Assembly (NCBI GenBank): GCA_031384695.1
Contig: JANNAV010000073.1
Location: forward strand, 4,128-68,127
Direction of reading: 5' to 3'
DNA: 64,000 bases
Origin: Paracoccaceae bacterium
GTDB taxonomy: Bacteria > Pseudomonadota > Alphaproteobacteria > Rhodobacterales > Rhodobacteraceae
Shown here one piece after another: positions 1 to 9,215 of this stretch (its first letter is position 1; each line of letters opens with the position of its first letter). Under the pieces are notes generated by a model. It did no database searches. It had not been told where the DNA came from and saw only the letters and a program-made list of their open reading frames with translations. Position numbers and translations under genes: made by a program.

Positions 1-437
1 AGGCGGCGGTCGGCTTCGCTGCGCGAGGTGAGGTTGGCGAGGTTGAGGCCGCGCATGGCGTGGATATGGCGGGATTGGTCGTGGGCGTAGGCCACCGGCG
101 CGATGTCGGCGACGATCAGTTTGCGGACGGGCGGGTTGGGCAGAAGGGCGAGGTACATCGCGGCTTTGCCACCCATCGAATGGCCGAGGGTGTCGGCGAT
201 GCCGCCGTGGGCTGCGATCACCTCGGCGAGGTCGGCGGCAAGATCGGGGTAGCGGTGGCTGGCATAACGCGGGCTTTGGCCGTGGTTGCGCATATCGACG
301 GTGATCACATCACGCTGATCGGCGAGGCGGCGGGCGATCACGCCCCAGTTGCGGCCCGAGCCGAACAGGCCATGCGCGATGACCAGCGGCGGCTGGTTGG
401 CGGGCGATTGGGCGGGGTGCAGGGTGGTTGCGAGCAT
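1..437 (-). CDS. alpha/beta-fold hydrolase (YbfF-like esterase); partial, C-terminus lies beyond the window start
   Basis: My own minus-strand translation from the ATG at 437-435 gives MLATTLHPAQSPANQPPLVIAHGLFGSGRNWGVIARRLADQRDVITVDMRNHGQSP...TLGHSMGGKAAMY. This shows the HG oxyanion motif and the GHSMGG nucleophile elbow. The ORF is absent from the track because it has no stop codon inside the window. Confidence 0.8.
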   Translation of the reverse strand, partial: MLATTLHPAQSPANQPPLVIAHGLFGSGRNWGVIARRLADQRDVITVDMRNHGQSPRYASHRYPDLAADLAEVIAAHGGIADTLGHSMGGKAAMYLALLPNPPVRKLIVADIAPVAYAHDQSRHIHAMRGLNLANLTSRSEADRR

Positions 438-539
438 GGGGGGATGTTAGCGGCTGCTTGGCGGCGATGCCAGAGGTTGGAGGTGTTGAAGCGGAGGTTC
501 GTCGCGGATAGGGTGCTGCGAAAACGCGGAGGGCGGGCG

Positions 540-911
540 ATGAGTGCGGTGACGATACAGCAGATGGCCGACAGGGTGGCGGGGCTGATGGAGGAGCGGT
601 TGCGCGCAACCGGGGTTGGGCTGGCCGAAAAGCTGCGCCAGCGCGGGCGGCTTTTGCCGCGCCGGGTGCGGGAGGCGGCAGAGCTGCTGGCGCAGGCGGG
701 GATGGCGGCGCAGAACCCCAAGCTGTTGCGGCGGATCGACGAGGAAAAGGTGGCGGCGGCCTATGATGTCTGCGTGCGGCATCTTGGCGGGGTGGATGCG
801 GGGGCGCGGCGGCGGGGAGCGGTGCTGGGGGTTGCGGCGTCGATCGGGTTCAGTTTGCTGGTGGTTGCGGTGATGGTGTTGGTGGTGCTGCGGTGGCGGG
901 GATTCCTGTAG
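540..911 (+). CDS. hypothetical protein with a C-terminal transmembrane anchor
   Basis: Internal ATG at 540 of track ORF 60..911. The upstream half of that ORF is antisense to the hydrolase. The product MSAVTIQQMADRVAGLMEERL... ends in the hydrophobic helix VLGVAASIGFSLLVVAVMVLVVL. Third codon positions are GC-rich. Confidence 0.55.
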   Translation: MSAVTIQQMADRVAGLMEERLRATGVGLAEKLRQRGRLLPRRVREAAELLAQAGMAAQNPKLLRRIDEEKVAAAYDVCVRHLGGVDAGARRRGAVLGVAASIGFSLLVVAVMVLVVLRWRGFL

Positions 912-1209
912 GGCTGAGGCCCGGCCGGCTGACGAGGGTGACGGTGACGACGGCCACGTAAAGCAGCAGATACCACGAGCCCGGCTTGGCCGCGCTGACG
1001 ATGTGGCCGGGTGTCTGGCCGGAATAACCCCAGGTGCCGGTGGCGGTGCCGATGTTTTCGGCGACCCGGAGGGCGATGATGGCGGCGAGGAAGAGGCCGC
1101 CGAACAGGCAGGCCCAGCCCTGTTTCAGCACGAACATGATGAGGTCGGCTGCGAGCGGCGGCAGGTGCGCGCGGGCGCTGTCGCCAAGGGCGCGTTCAAG
1201 GCGGCGGGT
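850..1209 (-). pseudogene. probable remnant of a DUF817-family membrane protein gene (internal deletion, no clear start codon)
   Basis: Part of track ORF 850..1317(-). RRLERALGDSARAHLPPLAADLIMFVLKQGWACLFGGLFLAA matches my memory of the DUF817 N-terminus. It runs straight into AENIGTATGTWGYSGQ..HIVSAAKPGSWYLLLYVAVVTVTLV, which matches the DUF817 C-terminus. Only about 100 aa remain, whereas I recall the family as 230-270 aa. No ATG, GTG or TTG lies just upstream of RRLERAL. Confidence 0.45.
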
Positions 1210-1305
1210 GTTTTGCGGTTGGGTTATTTGGGGGGAGGGGTGGTGGTTGAGGGAAGGGAAGACTTTTTCTTGCCTGATTTGCCCGGCCTTCAGGAATGTG
1301 GATAG

Positions 1306-1380
1306 CCCCTTGCCCAAGCGGCCTCCGGCCTTTTGGGCAACGAACCGGAAAACTCTCCCCCGGAGAGTTTCCTTTTCGGT
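1306..1380 (+). repeat. dispersed two-hairpin intergenic element, family 2, copy A
   Basis: Sequence ccccttgcccaagcggcctccggccttttgggcaacgaaccggaaaactctcccccggagagtttcc. It contains the inverted repeats TTGCCCAA/TTGGGCAA and AAACTCTCC/GGAGAGTTT. Hand alignment gives about 80% identity to the reverse complement of 22211-22285. Confidence 0.8.
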
Positions 1381-1395
1381 CCGGACAAGGGTGGT

Positions 1396-2703
1396 TCAAA
1401 GCCCCGGATAGATCGGGAACTGACGGCAGAGTGCCTCGACCTTGGCGCGGACGGCGGATTCTACAACGCCGTTGCCGTCTTCACCATGGGCGGCAAGGCC
1501 GTCCACCACTTCGACGATCCAGTCGCCGATCTGGCGGAACTCGGCTTCGGCAAAACCGCGGGTGGTGCCTGCGGGGGTGCCGAGGCGGATGCCGCTGGTG
1601 ATGGTGGGCTTTTCGGTATCAAACGGGATGCCGTTCTTGTTGCAGGTGATATGGGCGCGGCCCAGTGCCTTTTCGGTGGCGTTGCCCTTCACCCCCTTGG
1701 GGCGCAGATCGACCAGCATCAGGTGGGTGTCGGTGCCGCCGGTGACGGTGCCAAGGCCGCCCTTCATCAACTGATCGGCGAGGGCCTGCGCGTTCCTGAT
1801 CACTTGCGCCTGATAGGTTTTGAAACCGGGGCGCAGGGCCTCGCCAAAGGCCACCGCTTTGGCGGCGATCACATGCATCAGCGGGCCGCCCTGAATGCCC
1901 GGAAAAATCGCCGAGTTGAATTTCTTGGCCAGCGCTTCGTCATTGGTCAGGATCATGCCGCCGCGCGGGCCGCGCAGGGTTTTATGGGTGGTGGTGGTGG
2001 CGACATGGGCGTGCGGGAAGGGCGAGGGGTAGAGGCCCGCCGCGACAAGCCCCGCGAAATGCGCCATATCGACGAGGAAATAGGCGCCAACCTTGTCGGC
2101 GATGGCACGGAACCGGGCCAGATCGAGGATGCGGGGGATGGCGGAGCCGCCGGCGATGATCATCGCGGGCTTGTGCTCCAGCGCCAGACGCTCGATCTGG
2201 TCGTAATCGGGCAGCAGGGTATCAGGGCGGACGCCGTATTGCACCGCGTTGAACCATTTGCCCGACTGGTTGGGGGCTGCCCCGTGCGTGAGGTGGCCAC
2301 CGGCATCAAGCGACATGCCGAGGATGGTATCGCCGGGTTTGATCAGGGCCTGAAACACGCCCTGATTGGCCTGGCTGCCGGAGTTGGGCTGCACGTTTGC
2401 GAAAGAGCAGGAAAACAGCTCACACGCCCGCGCGATGGCGAGGTTTTCCGCGATATCAACGTATTGGCAGCCGCCGTAATAGCGTTTGCCGGGATAGCCT
2501 TCGGCGTATTTGTTGGTCATCACCGAACCCTGCGCCTCCATCACGGCGCGCGAGACGATGTTTTCGGAGGCGATCAGTTCGATCTCGTCGCGCTGGCGGC
2601 CAAGTTCGGAGGTGATCGAGCCGAAAAGTTCGGGATCACGGTCGGCGAGGGATTCGGTGAAAAAGCCCGCGTCGCGGGAGATGCCGGAAGTTTGATGGTT
2701 CAT
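1396..2703 (-). CDS. glyA: serine hydroxymethyltransferase
   Basis: Track ORF 1396..2928(-) trimmed to the internal ATG at 2703 ([51 protein letters not shown]...). SHMT motifs [11 protein letters not shown] and VTTTTHK are present. Confidence 0.97.
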   Translation of the reverse strand: MNHQTSGISRDAGFFTESLADRDPELFGSITSELGRQRDEIELIASENIVSRAVMEAQGSVMTNKYAEGYPGKRYYGGCQYVDIAENLAIARACELFSCSFANVQPNSGSQANQGVFQALIKPGDTILGMSLDAGGHLTHGAAPNQSGKWFNAVQYGVRPDTLLPDYDQIERLALEHKPAMIIAGGSAIPRILDLARFRAIADKVGAYFLVDMAHFAGLVAAGLYPSPFPHAHVATTTTHKTLRGPRGGMILTNDEALAKKFNSAIFPGIQGGPLMHVIAAKAVAFGEALRPGFKTYQAQVIRNAQALADQLMKGGLGTVTGGTDTHLMLVDLRPKGVKGNATEKALGRAHITCNKNGIPFDTEKPTITSGIRLGTPAGTTRGFAEAEFRQIGDWIVEVVDGLAAHGEDGNGVVESAVRAKVEALCRQFPIYPGL

Positions 2704-2890
2704 GGGAAGCTCCTGTTCCGAAAGGGCGTTAAGCCTGTGTTTACGGCAAGGCGGCAGGGGGGGGAAGGTGGGAAAACGACGCAAGGAAGCGTTGCCGCGA
2801 AATATTGTTGCGCAGAGCAATTCCGGCGGCGGGGGGTTGAGTTTGCAAGCGATGCTGTTCAAGACTGTGCCGCAGCGGTAGGGGGCGGTT

Positions 2891-3655
2891 TTGGCATTCA
2901 GGAAGATTGCGTTCAGGGCAAGCGCCAATCCGGTGGCCGAGCAGGCGCTGGCGGGGCTGGTGGCGCTTTACGGCCAGGTGGGGATTGGTCAGGCGGGCGT
3001 GGTGGTGGCGCTGGGCGGCGATGGTTTCATGCTGCAGACGCTGCATGAGACGCAGCAATTTGATGTGCCGGTGTACGGGATGAACTGCGGCACCATCGGC
3101 TTTTTGATGAACACCTATCAGGTGGAGGGGTTGGCGGGGCGGCTGGCGGCGGCGGAGGAGGCGGTGATCAATCCGCTCGCCATGCGGGCGGTGCGGGTGT
3201 CGGGCGAGGTGGTGGAGGCGTTGGCGATCAACGAGGTATCCTTGCTGCGCGCGGGGCCGCAAGCGGCCAAGCTGCGCATCACCGTGGACGGCAAGGTACG
3301 GCTGGAGGAATTGGTGTGCGACGGCGCGCTGGTGGCGACGCCTGCGGGATCGACGGCCTATAACTATTCGGCGCATGGGCCGGTTTTGCCGATCGGCTCG
3401 GGGGTGCTGGCGCTGACGCCGATGGCGGCGTACCGGCCCCGGCGCTGGCGCGGCGCGCTGTTGCCCAAGGGGGTGGTGGTGCGGTTTGACGTGCTGGAGC
3501 CGGACAAGCGGCCGGTGCGGGCGGATGCCGACAGCCGCCCGGTGGAGGATGTGATCTCGGTGGAAATCCGGTCGGAGCCGAACGTGGGGCACCGGATTTT
3601 GTTCGATCCGGGGCATGGTTTGGAAGAGCGGCTGATCGTGGAGCAGTTTGCCTGA
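2891..3655 (+). CDS. nadK: NAD kinase
   Basis: 254 aa containing GGDGFML, NxGxxGFL and the [15 protein letters not shown] motif typical of NAD kinase. It uses a TTG start at 2891, so the exact start is uncertain. Confidence 0.9.
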   Translation: MAFRKIAFRASANPVAEQALAGLVALYGQVGIGQAGVVVALGGDGFMLQTLHETQQFDVPVYGMNCGTIGFLMNTYQVEGLAGRLAAAEEAVINPLAMRAVRVSGEVVEALAINEVSLLRAGPQAAKLRITVDGKVRLEELVCDGALVATPAGSTAYNYSAHGPVLPIGSGVLALTPMAAYRPRRWRGALLPKGVVVRFDVLEPDKRPVRADADSRPVEDVISVEIRSEPNVGHRILFDPGHGLEERLIVEQFA

Positions 3656-3668
3656 AGGGGGGCGCACA

Positions 3669-5087
3669 TCAGGATTTCGACCAGCCCTCGATCTTGCGGT
3701 AGAGGGTGGAGGGCGACAAGGCCAGCACCCTGGCGGCTTTGGGAACCGAGCCTGCGTGGCGGGCGAGGGTTGCCTCGATCACCAGACGCTCGATTTCAAC
3801 CAAGGGGCGGCCGATCAGGCTTTCGAAATCGGTTTGCGCCGGGTTGAAGGGGACGAGCGAGGGGATGGCCGCGTGTTTGTGATCGATTTCTTCGATCAGG
3901 CTGTCGGGCAGCATCGCCACGGTGACAAGGCCACCTTGGTTAAGCACCACCACATTGCGGATCACGTTCAACACCTGACGGACGTTGCCGGGCCATGGCA
4001 GGTGGTTGAAGAGCACCTGGACTTCGCGGTCCAAGCCGTGGAAATCCTTGCCCTCTTCCTCGGCAAAGCGGGCGAGGGCGGCCTCGGCTATTTCGATTAC
4101 GTCTTCGCCGCGCGTGCGCAGCGGGGGCATGTGGATCGGCACCACGAACAGGCGATAGTAGAGGTCTTCGCGGAACTGGCCCCGGCGCACGGCATCAAGC
4201 GGGTCGCGGTTGGTGGCGCAGACGATGCGGACATTGACCTTGCGCGGCCGCGTCGCCCCTACCGGCACCACGGTGGAAGTTTGCAAAAAGCGCAGCAGTT
4301 TGGTTTGCAGCGCCGGGGCCATCTCGCACACCTCATCGAGAAACAGCGTGCCGCCGTCGGCGGCGGTGGCGGCACCGGGTTTGTCGGAGATGGCGCCGGT
4401 AAAGCTGCCCTTCATATGGCCGAACACCTCGGATTCCAGCAATTCCTGCGGGATGGCACCGCAGTTGAGTGCGATGAACGGCCCGGCGGCGCGGGGGGAA
4501 TTGTCGTGGATGGCCAGCGCGCACAGCTCTTTGCCGGTGCCGCTTTCGCCGGTGATGAACACGGTGGCCATCGAGCGCGCGACGGAGGCGATTTTGGCAT
4601 GGATGCGCTGCATCACCTCGGAGGTGCCGACGAAGGCGCTGTTCGGGGCGGTTGCATCGGGAGCGGGCGTCTGCGGTGCTGCGGTGGGTTTCGGCCTTGG
4701 TCTGGGGCCGCCGACCGCATTGGCGACCGCCGACAACAGCCGTTGTTCGTCAAACGGTTTCACCAGAAACTCATGTGCGCCGGCCTGCATCGCCTCGACC
4801 GCCTTGTTGACCGAGCCATGCGCGGTGATCACGATCACCTGGGTTTTCGGTTGCAGGGCCAGAAATTCCTGCATCAGATCAAGGCCGTCACGATCGGGCA
4901 GCACCAGATCGAGCAGCACCACGTGGAAGGGTGATTTGGCAAAGGCGGCAAAGCCTTCGGCGGCGGTGCCCGCGACCACCACCTGATGGCCCGCCGCCAC
5001 CAGCACGGCCTTGTAGACCAGCCGCAACGAGGCCGTATCCTCGATCAGCAGGACCGGCGGCCGGGCTGATTTGGCGTTCGGGGTCAT
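3669..5087 (-). CDS. sigma-54-dependent response regulator (REC + AAA+ + Fis-type HTH), LuxO-like
   Basis: REC domain (VLLIEDTASLR...LLDLVLPDRDG). Walker A is ITGESGTGKE. A GSFTGA loop stands in place of GAFTGA. The stretch GAATAADGGTLFLDEVCEMAPALQTKLLRFLQT..VNVRIVCATNRDP..FREDLYYRL closely parallels Vibrio LuxO as I remember it. The C-terminus carries the HTH SVPKAARVLALSPSTLYRKI. Confidence 0.9.
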   Translation of the reverse strand: MTPNAKSARPPVLLIEDTASLRLVYKAVLVAAGHQVVVAGTAAEGFAAFAKSPFHVVLLDLVLPDRDGLDLMQEFLALQPKTQVIVITAHGSVNKAVEAMQAGAHEFLVKPFDEQRLLSAVANAVGGPRPRPKPTAAPQTPAPDATAPNSAFVGTSEVMQRIHAKIASVARSMATVFITGESGTGKELCALAIHDNSPRAAGPFIALNCGAIPQELLESEVFGHMKGSFTGAISDKPGAATAADGGTLFLDEVCEMAPALQTKLLRFLQTSTVVPVGATRPRKVNVRIVCATNRDPLDAVRRGQFREDLYYRLFVVPIHMPPLRTRGEDVIEIAEAALARFAEEEGKDFHGLDREVQVLFNHLPWPGNVRQVLNVIRNVVVLNQGGLVTVAMLPDSLIEEIDHKHAAIPSLVPFNPAQTDFESLIGRPLVEIERLVIEATLARHAGSVPKAARVLALSPSTLYRKIEGWSKS

Positions 5088-6730
5088 TCAGCGCAATCTG
5101 CCGCCCCGATCTGGCGGCTGACGAAATGGATGGTGGTGTCGAGCGATTCCATCAGATCACGGAACATCACCACGAATTCGGCCCCGTCCTGCTGCGCCAG
5201 CGCCATCTGGTTGAGCGCCTCGGCCTGGGTTTGCAGGCGTCTGGCACCGATTGCCCCCGCCACGGCGATCAGCACATGGCTTTTGGCGCCGATCATCGGC
5301 CAGTCGGGCGCGCCTGCGGCCTGCAACAGCGCGCTTTCGGCGCTGGTCAGATCGGCGAGCAGGTGATCCAGCAATTCGCAAGCGGCCACCGGCCCGGCAA
5401 GCTGCAACAGGCGGCTGAGGTGGCCGGGATCAAGTTCGGGCAAGGCGGTGACGCGGTTGGCGGCCCGGCTGGCATAAAAGCCGGGGGCGGCGGTGGCGGG
5501 CAAGGCGCGGCTGATGGCCAGCGCCAGATTGCGCGGGCATAGCCGGCTTTTGGGCAGGGTGGCATCGGCACCCGCCGCCGCAATCGCCAGTTTGTTGGCG
5601 CGCAGCATATAGGCGGTGACGGCGATCACCGGCAGGCAGCCTGACTGCTTGCGCACGGCGCGGATCACGTCGATGCCCGACAACCGGGGCATTTCGATAT
5701 CGACCACCAGCAGGTCGAACGCCGCGCGGGCCAGATGTGCCAGCGCATCAACCCCGTCGACCGCGAGGGTGACGGTTGCGCCCATCTGCACCAGCATGAT
5801 CCGCAGAATCTCGCGATTGGTGGCGCTGTCGTCGGCGACCAGCACGCGCAGATTGGCAAGATCTGGCAGGTCGGCGTCGATATCGTCGGGGGCGCTGGCG
5901 GGCAGCGGCAGGATCACCTGCACTTCGGCACCACCGGCGGCGGGGTTGCGGGCGGTGACGTGGCCGCCAAGTTCCGCCACCATCTGGTGTACGATGTGCA
6001 GCCCCATGCCGGTGCCGGGGGCGGCGTTGCCGGATTGGCGGCAGTTGGGGGCGAAGATGCAGGCCAGCACCTGCGGGCTGAAACCGGGGCCCTGATCGGT
6101 GACGGACAGGTGCAGGCGGTTTGCCTTGCTGGCCAGCCGCAGGGTGATGCAGCCCGCGCCGGAATATTTCAGCGCATTTTCCAGCAGGTTCGACAAGATA
6201 CGTTCGAACGTCACGGGGTTGATGGTCAGCCGTGCGGGCAGGCCTGCGGCGGCATCGAGGTGAAACGCAAGGCCTGCCGCCTGCGCGCGGGCTTGCCAGC
6301 GCAGGTTGAGATCGGCCAGCAGGCGCTGGCTGTGGACGGTGCGGCTGGGGTTGAGGGCGGGCAGGGTGGGTTCGCCCAGAATGAGGACGAGGGCCTGTTC
6401 CATCAGCAGGGTCAGCGCCTCGGTGGCCGCACGGGTCCGTTCGATCTGCAGGGCGGCGGCGGCGTTCAGCAAGCGCGGATCAACCAGCCGCAAGCCGCCG
6501 ATCACCTCGGCCAGCGCCGCCCGCAGATCATGGCCCAGAAGCGCAAGAGCAGGCGGCGGGGCGAAGGCGGGCGGCGGCGCGAGAGCAGGCGGCGGCGCGA
6601 GAGCAGGCGGCGGGGCAAGAGCAGGCGGCGGGGCGAGAGCAGGCGGCGGGCTATGGCGCGCGGCAGCCGCCACGGAAGGCGCCATGGGCGGCGCAGCGGG
6701 GGGTGGGGTGATCTGCGATACCGGGTTCAT
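5084..6730 (-). CDS. hybrid sensor histidine kinase (HisKA-HATPase_c-REC-HPt) with no recognisable sensor or transmembrane domain
   Basis: H-box LLGHDLRAAL follows directly after the N-terminal Pro/Ala repeat. N/G boxes are NLLENALKYS, TDQGPGF and GTGMGLHIV. REC domain is RVLVADDSATNREIL...LLVVDIEMPRLSG. The HPt-like motif SHVLIAVAGAIGA lies near the C-terminus. Its stop overlaps the downstream regulator start (ATGA at 5084-5087). Confidence 0.9.
   Translation of the reverse strand: MNPVSQITPPPAAPPMAPSVAAAARHSPPPALAPPPALAPPPALAPPPALAPPPAFAPPPALALLGHDLRAALAEVIGGLRLVDPRLLNAAAALQIERTRAATEALTLLMEQALVLILGEPTLPALNPSRTVHSQRLLADLNLRWQARAQAAGLAFHLDAAAGLPARLTINPVTFERILSNLLENALKYSGAGCITLRLASKANRLHLSVTDQGPGFSPQVLACIFAPNCRQSGNAAPGTGMGLHIVHQMVAELGGHVTARNPAAGGAEVQVILPLPASAPDDIDADLPDLANLRVLVADDSATNREILRIMLVQMGATVTLAVDGVDALAHLARAAFDLLVVDIEMPRLSGIDVIRAVRKQSGCLPVIAVTAYMLRANKLAIAAAGADATLPKSRLCPRNLALAISRALPATAAPGFYASRAANRVTALPELDPGHLSRLLQLAGPVAACELLDHLLADLTSAESALLQAAGAPDWPMIGAKSHVLIAVAGAIGARRLQTQAEALNQMALAQQDGAEFVVMFRDLMESLDTTIHFVSRQIGAADCAE
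6543..6650. repeat. 18-bp x 6 head-to-tail tandem repeat inside the kinase CDS, encoding (PPPA[L/F]A)x6
   Basis: Plus-strand units are gcaagagcaggcggcggg / gcgaaggcgggcggcggc / gcgagagcaggcggcggc / gcgagagcaggcggcggg / gcaagagcaggcggcggg / gcgagagcaggcggcggg. They translate on the minus strand to PPPALAPPPALAPPPALAPPPALAPPPAFAPPPALA. Confidence 0.95.
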
Positions 6731-6794
6731 GGCGCAAAGGTTACTGAACGCCGCCCGCTTGTCCAGCGGCTTGGTGGGTTTCCTCGCGGGCGCG

Positions 6795-9083
6795 CTAGCC
6801 GTAATGCGCCACCGGCGTGCCTGCGAGTGCCGACATGTTCAGCAAACCGCGCGCGGTGATGGCGGGGGTGACGATATGGGCGCGGTTGCCCATGCCCATC
6901 AGGATCGGGCCAACCTCCAGCCCGCCCGCCTTGAGTTTCAGCATGTTGCGCGCGGCGTTGGCGGCATCGGTATAGGCGAAGATCAGGGTATTGGCCGGGC
7001 CTTGCAGGCGCGAACGGGGAAAGATGCGGGCGCGCAGTTCGGGATCAAGGGCGGCATCGGCGCTCATCTCGCCCTCATAGGCGAAGTCCAGTTCGCGCGC
7101 GTCCAGCAGCTCAAGTGCCGCGCGCATCCGGCGGCCGGAGCAGCTGTCGAGATTGCCGAAGTTGGAGTGTGAACAAAGCGCCACATTCGGGGTGACGCCA
7201 AAGCGTTTGGCGTGGCGCACGGCACCGATCACGGTTTCGGCGATCTGTTCGGGCGTGGGCACGGTATTGACCTGGGTATCGGCCACAAACAGCGGGCCAT
7301 CTTCAAGGATCATCAAGGACAGCGCGCCGCGCGGGTGCAGGCCACCCTGCGCCAGCACCTGCCGGACATAGTTCAGGTGCCAAAGGTACTGCCCGAAGGT
7401 GCCGCAGATCATGCTGTCGGCATCGCCGCGGTGCACCGCGATGGCGGCGATGGCGGTGGAGTTGGTGCGCATCACCGCGCGGGCGATATCGGGGGTGACC
7501 CCCTGGCGTTCCATCAATTCGTGGTAACTGCCCCAGTAGTCGCGGTAGCGGTGATCGCTTGCGGGGTTGACGATCTCAAAGTCGCGGTCGGGGCGGATCG
7601 GCAGGCCCGCGCGCTCGGCCCGCGCCGCGATCACCTCGGGGCGGCCGATCAGGATCGGCTTGTCGGTCATCTCTTCCAGCATGGCGTTGGCAGCGCGCAG
7701 CACCCGTTCATCCTCGCCCTCGGCAAACACGATGCGGCGGCTGACGGTGCGGGCGGCCTCGAACACCGGGCGCATGATAAGGGCGGATCTGAACACCGAG
7801 CCGTCGAGTTTCTGCTTGTAGGCGTCCATGTCGGCGATGGGGCGGGTGGCGACGCCGGTTGCCATCGCGGCGCGGGCCACGGCAGAGGCGACAACGCCGA
7901 TCAGGCGGGGATCGAAGGGTTTGGGGATGAGATAATCGGCGCCGAAGGTGAGCACTTCGCCCCGGTAGGCGGCGGCGGCTTCGGCGCTGGTGGTGGCGCG
8001 GGCGAGGGCCGCGATGCCTTCGATGCAGGCCAACTCCATGGTTTCGTTGATGGTGGTGGCACCCACATCCAGCGCCCCGCGAAAGATGAAGGGAAAGCAC
8101 AGTACGTTGTTGACCTGATTGGGAAAATCGGAACGGCCGGTGGCGATGATGGCATCGGGGGCGACGGCGCGCACCTGTTCGGGCAGGATTTCCGGCATCG
8201 GGTTGGCGAGGGCGAAGATAATCGGGCGGGGGGCCATTCTGGCGACCATTTCGGGGGTCAGCACGCCGGGGCCGGACAGGCCGAGGAAGAAATCGGCCCC
8301 CGCGATCACATCGTTTAACACGCGGGCCCCGGTGGATTGGGCGAAGGCGGCCTTTTGCGGGTTCATGTCTTGCGGGCGGCCCTCATAAACCACGCCGTGA
8401 ATATCACAAAGCCAGACATTCTCGCGCTTCACCCCCAGTTTCAGCAGCATGTTCAGACAAGCGATTCCCGCAGCCCCGCCGCCGGTGGACACCAGCTTGA
8501 TCTCGCCAAACGCCTTGCCCGCGACATGCAGCGCATTGGTGGCGGCGGCCCCCACCACGATGGCGGTGCCGTGCTGATCATCATGAAATACCGGGATGTT
8601 CATCCGCTCACGACATAATTGTTCAACGATGAAACAATCCGGGGCCTTGATGTCTTCGAGGTTGATGGCACCGAAGGTAGGCTCCAACGCGCAGACGATA
8701 TCGGCCAGCTTGTGCGGATCGGCCTCGTTCAACTCGATATCAAAGCAATCGATGTTGGCGAATTTCTTGAAGAGAACTGCCTTGCCCTCCATCACCGGTT
8801 TGGAGGCCAAAGCGCCAATGTTTCCAAGCCCTAAGACGGCGGTGCCGTTGGTGACAACCGCCACCAGATTGCCGCGCGCGGTATAGCGCGAGGCGGTGGA
8901 GGGATCGGCCTTGATCTCCAGACAGGCTTCGGCCACGCCCGGCGAATAGGCGAGGCTCAGATCGCGGCCATTGGCGAGCGGCTTGGTGGCGCGAATCTCC
9001 AGCTTGCCCGGTTTGGGAAATTCGTGGTAATCCAGCGCCGCCTGCCGGGCATTATCCTGCCGTGCTTCGTCCGTCATGCCCAT
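6795..9083 (-). CDS. maeB: NADP-dependent malic enzyme (malic enzyme domain plus phosphotransacetylase-like domain)
   Basis: 762 aa. N-terminus is [36 protein letters not shown]. The NAD(P)-binding region reads GGGAAGIA. The long C-terminal PTA-like domain is typical of MaeB. Confidence 0.95.
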   Translation of the reverse strand: MGMTDEARQDNARQAALDYHEFPKPGKLEIRATKPLANGRDLSLAYSPGVAEACLEIKADPSTASRYTARGNLVAVVTNGTAVLGLGNIGALASKPVMEGKAVLFKKFANIDCFDIELNEADPHKLADIVCALEPTFGAINLEDIKAPDCFIVEQLCRERMNIPVFHDDQHGTAIVVGAAATNALHVAGKAFGEIKLVSTGGGAAGIACLNMLLKLGVKRENVWLCDIHGVVYEGRPQDMNPQKAAFAQSTGARVLNDVIAGADFFLGLSGPGVLTPEMVARMAPRPIIFALANPMPEILPEQVRAVAPDAIIATGRSDFPNQVNNVLCFPFIFRGALDVGATTINETMELACIEGIAALARATTSAEAAAAYRGEVLTFGADYLIPKPFDPRLIGVVASAVARAAMATGVATRPIADMDAYKQKLDGSVFRSALIMRPVFEAARTVSRRIVFAEGEDERVLRAANAMLEEMTDKPILIGRPEVIAARAERAGLPIRPDRDFEIVNPASDHRYRDYWGSYHELMERQGVTPDIARAVMRTNSTAIAAIAVHRGDADSMICGTFGQYLWHLNYVRQVLAQGGLHPRGALSLMILEDGPLFVADTQVNTVPTPEQIAETVIGAVRHAKRFGVTPNVALCSHSNFGNLDSCSGRRMRAALELLDARELDFAYEGEMSADAALDPELRARIFPRSRLQGPANTLIFAYTDAANAARNMLKLKAGGLEVGPILMGMGNRAHIVTPAITARGLLNMSALAGTPVAHYG

Positions 9084-9215
9084 CCCCCTGCATTTGGTTT
9101 AGTATTAAACCATATCACAAAGCCTGCCAATGCGTGTTCTGGTACAGGTGTTGTTCGGTCTGCTTGCAAATCATTGGTCTGATGGGCACTGTGACCCAAA
9201 GCCGGAGAAATTGCC

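Noticed and set aside
60-911. The single 283-aa ORF listed in the track.
   Set aside because: It is chimeric. Its first roughly 160 codons are antisense to the alpha/beta hydrolase, which reads cleanly on the minus strand from 437. Only the part from the ATG at 540 looks like a real gene.
2704-2890. A possible riboswitch (ZTP/pfl or other one-carbon-related) in the 187-nt glyA leader.
   Set aside because: Reading the minus strand, I could not find the conserved ZTP elements (GGGUCGUGACUGGCG... / CCGCCUGGGC) or any other motif I recognise. A covariance-model scan (Rfam) would be needed.
1333-3048. Long track ORFs running antisense or out of frame to well-supported genes. Examples: 1333..3048(+), 3648..4934(+), 5735..6859(+), 10745..12712(-), 26719..28443(-), 33031..34389(+), 45781..47385(+), 47063..49426(-), 51039..52826(-), 61328..62977(+).
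   Set aside because: These are typical high-G+C artefacts. Their translations are Arg/Gly/Pro/Ala/His-rich low-complexity strings with no motifs. Each overlaps a gene with an unmistakable family signature on the other strand or in another frame.
6543-6650. The tandem repeat considered as a CRISPR-like array.
   Set aside because: The units are contiguous with no spacers, lie in frame inside a kinase CDS, and no cas genes are present.
9140-9155. A sigma-54-like -24/-12 element (TGGTACaggtgTTGTT) 60 nt upstream of the cupin gene, a tempting target for the nearby LuxO-like activator.
   Set aside because: The spacing is right, but the near-invariant -12 GC is GT and the -24 reads GGTAC rather than GGCAC. 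That is too weak to call without a genome-wide model.
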